Below are positions 27,467 to 36,572 of a stretch of 64,000 nucleotides of DNA, piece after piece. The notes beneath the pieces are model-generated. The model had not been told where the DNA came from. It was given only the letters and a program-made list of their open reading frames with translations, and searched no databases. The position numbers and the translations under genes were made by a program. The stretch is from NCBI GenBank assembly GCA_963848295.1, contig CAWKDB010000010.1, positions 4,256,001 through 4,320,000 on the forward strand, read 5' to 3'. The stretch is from an uncultured delta proteobacterium. GTDB lineage: Bacteria; Myxococcota_A; Polyangia; Haliangiales; Haliangiaceae. How positions within the stretch are numbered: position 1 is the first letter of the stretch; every line of letters begins with the position of its first letter.

Positions 27467-28762
27467 TTAGCGCCAGTCGTGAATCGATTGGCGAAGCTCG
27501 CCGAGCCGGGCGCGGGACAGCGTGCCGACCGCGACCACGGCGAGGTTGTCGGGCGCGAAGATCTGGGTCGCGACGGCCGCGATGTCATCGATCCGGACCG
27601 TCGCCATCTGCGCGAGCCGCTCCGCCAACCCGGGCGGCGGGTAGTACAGCGCGGTGCCGCCGAACCAGCCGGCCATCGCGGAGGCGTCGTCGAGACCGGC
27701 GAGCGTCTCGTACTTGTAGCGGACGCGCGACCTTCGCGAGCTCGTCCTCGGTGATCGCACCGCGGCGCAAGCCGTCGAGCAGCCCGAGCAGCTCGCGCAC
27801 GAGCGACGGCACCTTCACGTTCGCTGTCGCGCTCGTGACCTCGAGCAACGACGCGTCGGCGAGCGGCTCGATCGCGGCATGGACCGAGTACGCGAGCCCT
27901 TTCTGATCGGCGAGCGTGTAGTGCAAGCGCGTCGACATGCCGTCGTCGAGCACGCGCAGCAGCGCGATCAACGCGACGTACGCGGGATCGAGCTCGGGAA
28001 TCGCGCGAAACACGATGGCGAGCGACGTCTGGGAGCCGGCATCGCGCACGTGCTGGAGCTGCGGGCCGGTCGCGGTCGGCGCGGGCGCCGGGGTGACCTC
28101 GGCGCGCGACGCCGGTCGGCAACCCGGCGAGGGCGCGCCCGGCGGCATCGACCACCGCGTTGTGATCGACCGGCCCGGCGACGCACAGCTGGGCGTTGCG
28201 CGCGCCGTAGTAGGTCGCGAAGTGGCGGCGGACGTCGGCGAGCTCGAACCGCTCGACGTTGCCGCGCGGCCCGATGATCCGCTGGCCGAGCGGGTGGTCG
28301 CCGAACACCAGGCCGCGGGCGATGTCATCCGCGTTGATCTCGACGCCTTGCTCGTCGTAGTCCTCGTTGATCTCCTCGAGGATCAGCGTTGCGCTCGAGC
28401 TCGATGTCGGCGAACCGCGGCCGGCCGACCAACTCGCCGAGCAATTCGATGCCTTTAGCGACGTATTCGGGCTCGAGCGCGAGCTGGAACAGGGTGTAGT
28501 CGCGTCCGGTCTCGGCGTGGAGCGTCGATCCGAGCTGCTCGACCGCCGTATTGAGCGCCAGCGAGGTCGGATAGCGCTCGGTGCCCCGAAACAGCATGTG
28601 CTCGACGAAGTGCGACAGGCCGTTGTCCGTCGACGATTCGAACCGGGCCCCGACTTTGATGAATAGCGCACACACCGCGGTGTGGAGGTGCGGGAGCGCC
28701 ACCGTGGTCACGGCGAGGCCGTTATCGAGGGTCGTCGTGGTGACCGGGGGATCGAGGCGCAA
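27467..28762 (-). CDS. M16 (pitrilysin) family Zn peptidase, frameshifted
   Basis: TLDNGL, HFVEHMLFRGT (HXXEH), HPLGQRIIG, RLHYTLADQKGLAYSV across frames. Confidence 0.9.
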
Positions 28763-28834
28763 GAGCGGTGCATAGCACGCGAATTGACCGCATCCCTCGA
28801 TCGGCGGTATTTAAGCGGTCAAGGTCGATCGCCG

Positions 28835-29712
28835 ATGCTCCTCAAGAAGATCGTGATCGCGGAGGACGACGACGCCATCGCGCACATGGTGAACATGGCG
28901 CTTGGCGATGCCGGCTTCCTGTGCCTGCGCGCGCGCGATGGCGACGAGGCGCTGAAGCTGGTCAAGGCGCACGATCCCGATGTGCTCGTGCTCGACGTGA
29001 TGATGCCGCGCGTCGATGGGCTCGAGGTCGCACGCCGGTTGAAGGCCGACGTGATGTGGTCGCGCACGCCGATCCTGATGCTGACCGCGCTCGCCGGGAT
29101 CGACGACCAGGTGCAGGGCCTCGAGGCCGGCGCCGACGCGTACATGGCCAAGCCGTTCGATCTGCGAGAGCTCGGCGCGCGGGTCAAGGCGCTGATCCGC
29201 TCGTCGCGGCGCGAACGCGACCGCAGCCCGACGACGAACCTGCCGGGCTCGCGCGCGATCGACGAAGAGATCGAGGGCGCGCTCAAGAGCGGCAAGCCGA
29301 CGACCGTCGTCCACATCGACATCTGCTCAACTTCGACGCCTACGCCGACGCGGTCGGCATCGCGCGCTCCGAAGACATCGTCAAGAACCTCGGCGCGTGG
29401 CTGCTCGAAGCGGCGCGCTCGGCGTCCGGCGGGGGCGCGTTCGTCGGTCACATCGGCGGCTCCGATTTCATCGCGGTCGTCGCGCCCGAGCACGCCGATC
29501 CGTTCGTGACCGCGGCCGAAACCGCGTTCGAGACCAAGCGACCGTCGCTCCCCGGCGATCCCGGCACGCTCGCGCTCGTGCTCGCGATCACGCCGACCGA
29601 AGGGCTCACGCTCAACGGCGGCGCCGACGAGCTCGGCCGCCGGCTCGGCAAGGCGATGAAGCAGGCCAAGGCCGCGGGCAAGACTGGCCACGTGGTCTGG
29701 TCCGCGAAGTAG
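28835..29712 (+). CDS. Response regulator with degenerate GGDEF-like domain, frameshift near 29325
   Basis: IAEDD, LDVMMPRVDG, KPF; then NFDAYAD..G and GHIGGSDF. Confidence 0.85.
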
Positions 29713-29718
29713 GGCACC

Positions 29719-31626
29719 GTGCCCGACGATCCGGACACCGATCCGGCCGTCGCGGATACCCATGCGTCCGAGCCGGACTCGGCCTCGGGCTCGGGCTCGA
29801 CCACGAACAAGAAGCGGGCGGTCCATTCGGGCGACGTGCTCGGCAGGTACGAGCTCGGCGACGAAGTCGGCGAGGGCGGGATGGCGACGGTGTATCGCGC
29901 GCGCGATCGCGAGCTGCGCCGCGACGTCGCGATCAAGGTGTTGTTCCCGCACCTCGCGCGCCGCGACGAGATCGTGCGGCGGTTTCATCGCGAGGCGCGC
30001 GCCGCGGCCGGGCTCGACCACCCGAACATCTTGAGGATCTACGACGTCGGCGGCGCGCGACGACGAGCCGCCGTACATCGTGATGGAGCTGATCCGCGGG
30101 CGGTCGCTGCTCGGCGAGATCGAGCAGCGCGGCGCGGTGCTGACCGAGATCGTCGCGTGTCTCGGCGCGCTGCTCGCCGACGCGTTGACCGCCGCGCACG
30201 CGGCCGGGATCATCCACCGCGACATCAAGCCGGCGAACGTCCTGATCGCGTCCGGCGGCCGCGTGTTGCTCGCCGACTTCGGCGTCGCGCGGCTCGAGAC
30301 CGAGGAGACCTCGCTCGTGACCCGGACCGGAGCGCTGCTCGGCACCCCGGCGTACATGAGCCCGGAGCAGGCGACCGGCGACACCGCGACCTCGCGCAGC
30401 GATCTGTATTCGCTCGGCGCGACGCTGTATCAGCTCGCGACCGGCGCGTTGCCCTACGGCGGCACCGCGGCGAAGGTGCTGAGCGCAGATCGCGACCGGC
30501 GCGCTCGTCGCTCCGGTCCGGCGCAAGCCCGCGGTCGGCGCCGAGCTGTCGCGCGTGATCGAGCGGCTGATGGCGAGCGAGCCGAGCGCGCGGCCGGCAA
30601 AGCGCGGACGACGTGGCGAAGGAGCTGCGCGCGATCGCGACCGCGGGCGGGTTCGGCGATCCGACCGACGAGCTCGCCGCGTACTTCGCGGATCCCGACG
30701 CGTTCTTGCGCGAGCGCACGCCGACCGTCGTCGCCGCGACGGTGACCGCCGCGACAGCAGCGATCGCTGCCGGCAAGCTGCCGCGCGCGGTCGCGCTCGC
30801 GGATCGAGCGGCGGCGCTGGCTCCCGACGATCCTGCGGTCGCCGCGCTGGTCGAGCGCGTGACCGAAGGCGGGCGTTCGACGCGGCGGCGCAAAGCGCTC
30901 GCGATCGCGGTCGGCGCGGTGCTGGTCGCGGCCGCGGGCACCGCCGGCGTCGTGATGGTGCGCGGTGGATCTCAAGCAGCGGGCGATGCGACCCAGCTCG
31001 CACTCCTTCCCGCGCGTGATTCGGCGCCGCCTCCGACCGACAGCGAGCCGATCGACGTCTACGTGCCGGCGATCGACGCGGCGATCAGCGTCGACGCGAG
31101 CGCGCACGCGGCGCGCGATGCCGGCGCGGCGCGCCGCGATGCCAAGACCGTCGTCGCGATCGATGCCGCCGTAGCGGTCGCGCCGATCGATGCCGGCGCG
31201 GTCATCGCGGTCGATGCAGCAGCACCGGCGACTGCCGCGCTCGGCAGCGTGATCGTCACGAGCGACGCGTGGTGCGACCTCGCGATCGACGGCAAGCCCG
31301 CCGGGCGGCTCAAGCGCGGCGCGCCGTACGCCGTGCCGATCGGCCATCACAAGCTGACGTGCGGGCAGAATGGTCGCCCCGGGTGGATGCGCGAGGTCGA
31401 GGTCGGCGCCGGCCAGACCGCGCGGGTCGACGGCACGCTGTTCGGCATGATCGAGGTCACGTTCGGCATCGACGCCACGATCGACGGCGCCGCGCAACCC
31501 CGCGGCACGGTGCTGAAGCTCAAGCCCGGCCGCCACGAGCTCCAGATCGGCAACAATACCGCGTGGTCCGATATCCGGTTCCCCTGCACCGTGCGGTCGT
31601 CGCCGAACGTTGATTGTTACCGCTAG
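29719..31626 (+). CDS. Ser/Thr protein kinase with TM and C-terminal PEGA-like region, frameshifted
   Basis: GEGGMATVY, VAIKV, HRDIKPAN, DFG, YMSPEQ across frames 29719/30080/30613. Confidence 0.9.
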
Positions 31627-31720
31627 CGCCGGTTTCCGGGGGTTAGCGAAAGCCTGACAGCGGTGTCGTGATCTCGGCGCCACCCGGGGCACGACGACCG
31701 ATCATTCCGCCAGTTGCGCG

Positions 31721-31736
31721 TGGCAGGATGGTTGCA
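31721..31736 (+). promoter_or_regulatory. Sigma54 (-24/-12) promoter
   Basis: TGGCAGGATGGTTGCA (GG-N10-GC) 15 bp before ATG 31752. Confidence 0.6.
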
Positions 31737-31751
31737 GAACTGCGCATCGTG

Positions 31752-32900
31752 ATGACTGGAGCTCGCCTCTCGCTGCTCGCTGCCGCCGCCTTGGCCGGCG
31801 CGCCGGGTTGTTTCTACGGCGAGACGATCAACCAGCGTCCGTCGGTCTTGATCGTTCCGGAGTCGGATGCAACGGTCTATCGCGGCTCACCGGTCGTGCT
31901 CGATTCGGTCTACTCCGATCCCGACGATTCTACGTACCAGGGCGCGTTCCAATGGCGGGTGTACGCGTGCACCGACGCGACCACGCCGGATGGCTGCGAT
32001 GCCGATCCGTTCTATAGCTGGTTTCTGGCGACCGCGAGCTTTACGACCCCGCCGGTACGCGCCGATCAGACGACGCCGGTGAAGGCGATGCGCGTGATCC
32101 TCCACGCCGAAGACGATCTCGGCGCCACCACGAAGCCCGATGACGTGTTGCCGATTCCGGTCAGCGACGCACCGCCGGTGGTCGGCAAGCGCGCGGTCAG
32201 CAACTACGGCTTCGTCATCGGCGCGCCGATCGAGCTCTACGCCTCGGTCAGCGATCCCGATGACGGCCCCGCGGCCGTCGGGCCGCTCGATTGGGTCGTG
32301 TTCTCGCCGCCGACCCAGCCGAGCTACACGTTCACCGACCTCGGCGTCATCCCTCAACCCGATCCGACGATGATCCAGACCGGCAAAGAGCTCACGCCGA
32401 TGGGCACGGGCATGTGGAGCGTCCAGATCACCGCGACCGATCCACTCGGCGCGATGAGCGCTCCCGCCGAGATCGACATGACGGTCGTCCAGGACCAGCC
32501 GCCGTGCATCGCCGACGAATCGCCGCTCGCGCCACCCGCCGGCAGCTCGTACCCGATGACCGACCCGACGCTGTTCCAGGTCCCGGTCGTCACCGACGAC
32601 CTCGACGTCTATCCGCCGGAGCCGAACGATCCGATCAAGGGCGTGACGACGTTCAGCTGGTCGATCCTGCCGCCCGGCGCGACGACGCGCCAACCACTCG
32701 ACGGCATCACCGGCAACTCGGTCTCGCTCGATCCCGCGACCTACTCGCCGGGCGACATCATCGAGCTGCGCGTCGAGATCTCCGACCGAGACCCGGACCA
32801 CGCGACGAGCTTGCTGCAGTGCGCCGACAGCGATCCGACGTGCTCGCTACAGTCCGACTCCTGCATCCAGCGCTTGACCTGGCGCATCGAGGCGTTATGA
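31752..32900 (+). CDS. Lipoprotein with Ig/PKD-like domains
   Basis: APGC lipobox-like; NQRPSV, SDPDD, ITATDPLGA. Confidence 0.7.
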   Translation: MTGARLSLLAAAALAGAPGCFYGETINQRPSVLIVPESDATVYRGSPVVLDSVYSDPDDSTYQGAFQWRVYACTDATTPDGCDADPFYSWFLATASFTTPPVRADQTTPVKAMRVILHAEDDLGATTKPDDVLPIPVSDAPPVVGKRAVSNYGFVIGAPIELYASVSDPDDGPAAVGPLDWVVFSPPTQPSYTFTDLGVIPQPDPTMIQTGKELTPMGTGMWSVQITATDPLGAMSAPAEIDMTVVQDQPPCIADESPLAPPAGSSYPMTDPTLFQVPVVTDDLDVYPPEPNDPIKGVTTFSWSILPPGATTRQPLDGITGNSVSLDPATYSPGDIIELRVEISDRDPDHATSLLQCADSDPTCSLQSDSCIQRLTWRIEAL

Positions 32901-34660
32901 CCGCGACCCGCTCGCTCATCGCGCTCGTCGCGCTGCTCGCCGCCTGCGGTGCGAGCGAGCTCTTCCCCGACAGCAACCCGGGCACCGACGCCACCTCGGG
33001 AGACGCGGGGTGCTCGACGTACCTCACGTTCGATCCGCAGGATCCGGTCGCCGGCCCGAGCACGAACGTGCGCGCGGTCGCGAACGCCCACGGCGCGCCC
33101 GGCGTCTTGAGCTATTCGTGGCAAGTCTCGCTCGAAGGCAACCAGGTCGATTTCACATACGCGTCAGGCGACGATTCGCAGATCAACTTCATCGCGTCGA
33201 CCGCGGGCGCGTACGACGTGCAAGTCGACATCGGCGCGGGCGCGTTCTGCCCGGTCGCCGAGAGCTTCCTCGATGTCTCCGCATCCGGCGCGAACACCGC
33301 GCAATATCGCCTGCGGGTCGTCGCGCCTCCGACCCAGCCCGCGCCTCCGCAGGAGCAAGACATCGAGGTCAGCGGCGGCGCGGACTTCGCGACCGCGGTG
33401 ACGCTCGACGGCGGCGTGACCGCGACCGGCCAGGTCCAGAACGGCGGCACCGGCGTGCCCGCGTTCTTGCGGTTCATGCCGACCGCGACGCCGCTTGCCG
33501 CGGTCGAGGCGTTCACCGACATCGACGGCAACTTCTCGGTGCTCGTGCTCGGGCAACCGCACGACGTGCTCGTGGTGCCGACCGTACCGGGCGTCGCGCC
33601 GCGCGTGATCCACGGCTGGATGCCGGCGAGCACGTTGCTGTCGGTCGATGCGGGCACCGCGGTGTCGGGGACGGTGAAAGATCCGAGCGGCGCGGCGCTC
33701 GCGAATGCGAAGGTCCAGCTGTCGATCGCGGGAACGCCGTCGACGTTGACCACGACCGATGCCGGCGGCAACTTCACGGTGCGCGCGGTGCCGGTCGCGG
33801 GTGCGCTCGTCGAGGTCGACGTCACGCCGCCGGCGGGCAAAGGCTTGCCGCGACTGGTCGCGACGTCGTCGGCGTTCGATCTCTCGCAGGCGATGGCGGT
33901 GAGGTACGCCGCGACGCTCGCGACCTGCGATCTCGCGGGCACGACGGTGAAGCGCGGCGCGACCAGCCTGGCGAACGCGCAAGTCGTGGTCGTCGGCCAG
34001 CTGGCGGCGATCGGAACGGTGACTGCAGGCGCGGCGGCAACCGCGTCCGGCTCCACCTCGATCGCTGCCAGCGCCGACGGCACCGGCAAGCTGCCGTCGA
34101 CGCTCGTGCCGAAGGCGCCGCTGTCCGCGGTCGTGTTCGTGACGAACGACGATCTCGCAGTCGCCTCGATCGATCTGTCGACGTGCGCGACGGTCGCGAT
34201 CAGCGCGCCGGCGATGATCGCCGCGACCGGCACGGTCAACGACTCGACCCAGGATGCGCTATCCGGCGTTCAGCTCGAGGCGGTGCCCGATGGTACGCTC
34301 GCGCTCGCCGGCGCGACGTCGATCGAAACGGCATCCGTCGCGGGCGGCGGATTCTCGCTCACGCTCGCGAGTGGCGGCCACTACGACGTGCACTTCGCCG
34401 ATCCCGCGGGCCGCGGTGCGCCGCTCGTCGCGACCAACGTCACCGCCGCGACCGTGCCCGCCGCCGCAGTCCTGCCCGCGGCGCTTCGGGTCAGCGGGAC
34501 GGTGAAGATCTCCGGCCAGCCGAACCCGGTGACCAGTGCGTCGGTCCAGATCTTGTGCGTCGGCTGCACCGGCATCGACCTCGAGCGGCCGATCGGCGAG
34601 ACGGCGACCGACCAGGCGGGAAAGTTCTCGGTCGCCGTTCCCGACCCGGGCGTGATGTAG
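32897..34660 (+). CDS. Lipoprotein with carboxypeptidase-regulatory-like repeats
   Basis: LAAC; VSGTVKDPSGAALANAKV..TTTDAGGNF repeats; ATGA overlap with the upstream gene. Confidence 0.75.
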   Translation: MTATRSLIALVALLAACGASELFPDSNPGTDATSGDAGCSTYLTFDPQDPVAGPSTNVRAVANAHGAPGVLSYSWQVSLEGNQVDFTYASGDDSQINFIASTAGAYDVQVDIGAGAFCPVAESFLDVSASGANTAQYRLRVVAPPTQPAPPQEQDIEVSGGADFATAVTLDGGVTATGQVQNGGTGVPAFLRFMPTATPLAAVEAFTDIDGNFSVLVLGQPHDVLVVPTVPGVAPRVIHGWMPASTLLSVDAGTAVSGTVKDPSGAALANAKVQLSIAGTPSTLTTTDAGGNFTVRAVPVAGALVEVDVTPPAGKGLPRLVATSSAFDLSQAMAVRYAATLATCDLAGTTVKRGATSLANAQVVVVGQLAAIGTVTAGAAATASGSTSIAASADGTGKLPSTLVPKAPLSAVVFVTNDDLAVASIDLSTCATVAISAPAMIAATGTVNDSTQDALSGVQLEAVPDGTLALAGATSIETASVAGGGFSLTLASGGHYDVHFADPAGRGAPLVATNVTAATVPAAAVLPAALRVSGTVKISGQPNPVTSASVQILCVGCTGIDLERPIGETATDQAGKFSVAVPDPGVM

Positions 34661-34670
34661 GATCGGGCGA

Positions 34671-35597
34671 ATGGTGCGCCCGGTGCTCGTCGCGATCGCG
34701 GTGGTCGCCGTTCTCGCGTCCGCGCGCGCGGGCTCCGCCGATCCGGCGCAGACGATCGCGCTGCTGCCGCTCGACGCGGCGCCGACGCTCGAGATCTACA
34801 GCCAACCCGTCGCGAGCGAGATCGCGCGCGCGCTGACCGCGGGCGGCCTCGAGGTCGCGGTGATCGGCGACCGGGCCGCGGTGCCCGAGCGCGCGCGGCT
34901 GATCGTCGACGGCACGATCACGGCCAAAGGCGACAACGTCGGGCTCGCCGTGCGGATCCGCGACCGGATCACCGGCACCGTGCTCCAGACCGTGACCGTC
35001 GCGACGTATCAGCGCAAGGACATCGAGCGCGCGATCGAAGACTTCGCCGGCCGCGTCGTGCCGGTCGTCAAGGCCCAGCTCGTCGCGGTCAAGACGCCTA
35101 CGATGCCGCGCGTCGATCGTCATGCGGTCACGATCGCGCCCGTGCCGGCGCCGCCGGGTCGGCTCGTCGCGATCATCCGCAGCGACGCGTCGTTCGCGAT
35201 CCTGAAGCGAGCATTGGCCACCGCGACGACCGATCTCGCGACCGAACATCATCGAACGTACGTCGCGATCGAGGACACGCTCGAAGCGGCCGCAGCAGAA
35301 CGCGCGCGCAAGGATCGCGAGCGCAGCGAGGTCGGGCTCGAGCTCGAGGTCTGGTCGTACGAAGTCGACGGCGAAGGCCTACCGACGGCGCGCGCCAAGG
35401 TCCACGCGACGTTCACCGACTGCACCGGGATCGCGTGGCAGCGCACGGTCGTGACCGATACGATCGTCGGCGAGCGCAACGGCGATCGCGACGAGCTCGC
35501 CGCTCGCACCGCGCGCGAGGTGCTGCAAGTCGTGCTGCCGCACGTCAAGCGCTTCCTCGATCCGGAGACGGCGTGTGTCCCGAAGGCGGGGCGATGA
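34671..35597 (+). CDS. Exported hypothetical protein
   Basis: Signal peptide; tightly spaced in an operon. Confidence 0.65.
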   Translation: MVRPVLVAIAVVAVLASARAGSADPAQTIALLPLDAAPTLEIYSQPVASEIARALTAGGLEVAVIGDRAAVPERARLIVDGTITAKGDNVGLAVRIRDRITGTVLQTVTVATYQRKDIERAIEDFAGRVVPVVKAQLVAVKTPTMPRVDRHAVTIAPVPAPPGRLVAIIRSDASFAILKRALATATTDLATEHHRTYVAIEDTLEAAAAERARKDRERSEVGLELEVWSYEVDGEGLPTARAKVHATFTDCTGIAWQRTVVTDTIVGERNGDRDELAARTAREVLQVVLPHVKRFLDPETACVPKAGR

Positions 35598-36427
35598 GAG
35601 CCGCGGCCGTCCTCGCGCTCGCTCTCGGCTCCGCGATCGCCTCGGCGCAACCGGCGCCAACGCAACCGGCGGGTCCGGCACCGACGCCACCGCCAGCGCC
35701 CGCACCAAGGCCGCCTCCGGCCTTCGGCCCGGTGGATCCGCCGACCGCGTTGCGCGCGGCGAATGCCGCAGCCGCGGCGGGCGATTGGGCGCGAGTCGCA
35801 GCGCTCGTCGATCCGTTGATGCTGCGCCAGCTGACGCGCGCCGACAGCGCCGAAGCCCATCGCCTCGCCGGGCTCGCCGCGTTCTTCCAGCAGCGGATGA
35901 GCGATGCCGAGCGCCACTTCTTCGCGTACCTGCTGCTCGACCTCGACGGTCGGCTCGATCCCGCGCTGTACCCACCCGAGGTCGTGTCGTTCTTCGAAGA
36001 CGTTCGCGCGCGTCATGCCGCCGAGCTCCGCGCCCGCCGGCCGCAAGCGAAGCGCTACGCCATCCTGAATATCTTCCCGGTCGCCGCGCAGCTCCAGAAC
36101 GGCGAGCGCACGAAGGCCGCGATCATCGGTGGTGCGCTCGCCGCGTTCGCGATCGCCGACGTCGCGAGCTACTACGTGCTCCGGTCGTGGTGCACGAACG
36201 TCAGTGGCCCGAACGGCACGAGCGTCACGTGCGACGACACGCACAACCGCGATCGCGCCGCGAAAGATCTCGAAGCGGTCAACGCGGCAGCGCTTGTCGG
36301 CCTCGTACTCACCTACGCCTACGGCGTGTACGACGGCGTGTCGGTCTATCGCAGACACACGCGAGAGCAACAGGTCCAACCATTCGTCTCTCCAAGCGGC
36401 GTCGTCGGGATCTCCGGCCATTTCTAG
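35594..36427 (+). CDS. Exported TPR-like hypothetical protein
   Basis: Signal peptide, Pro-rich linker, LDPALYPPEVVSFFE, C-terminal ISGHF. Confidence 0.65.
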   Translation: MRAAAVLALALGSAIASAQPAPTQPAGPAPTPPPAPAPRPPPAFGPVDPPTALRAANAAAAAGDWARVAALVDPLMLRQLTRADSAEAHRLAGLAAFFQQRMSDAERHFFAYLLLDLDGRLDPALYPPEVVSFFEDVRARHAAELRARRPQAKRYAILNIFPVAAQLQNGERTKAAIIGGALAAFAIADVASYYVLRSWCTNVSGPNGTSVTCDDTHNRDRAAKDLEAVNAAALVGLVLTYAYGVYDGVSVYRRHTREQQVQPFVSPSGVVGISGHF

Positions 36428-36572
36428 GCTGAGCCCGAGAAATGGGGTGTGGGGCCCATGGGCTGTCCACCACGCGACCTCGAGGCGATCGTCAACTGTC
36501 GCTCGTGGCCTGCGGTGTAGAGGCCGCTTTCCGTTGAGATCGGCTCAGTGCTTTGGATATGATTCACTTTGA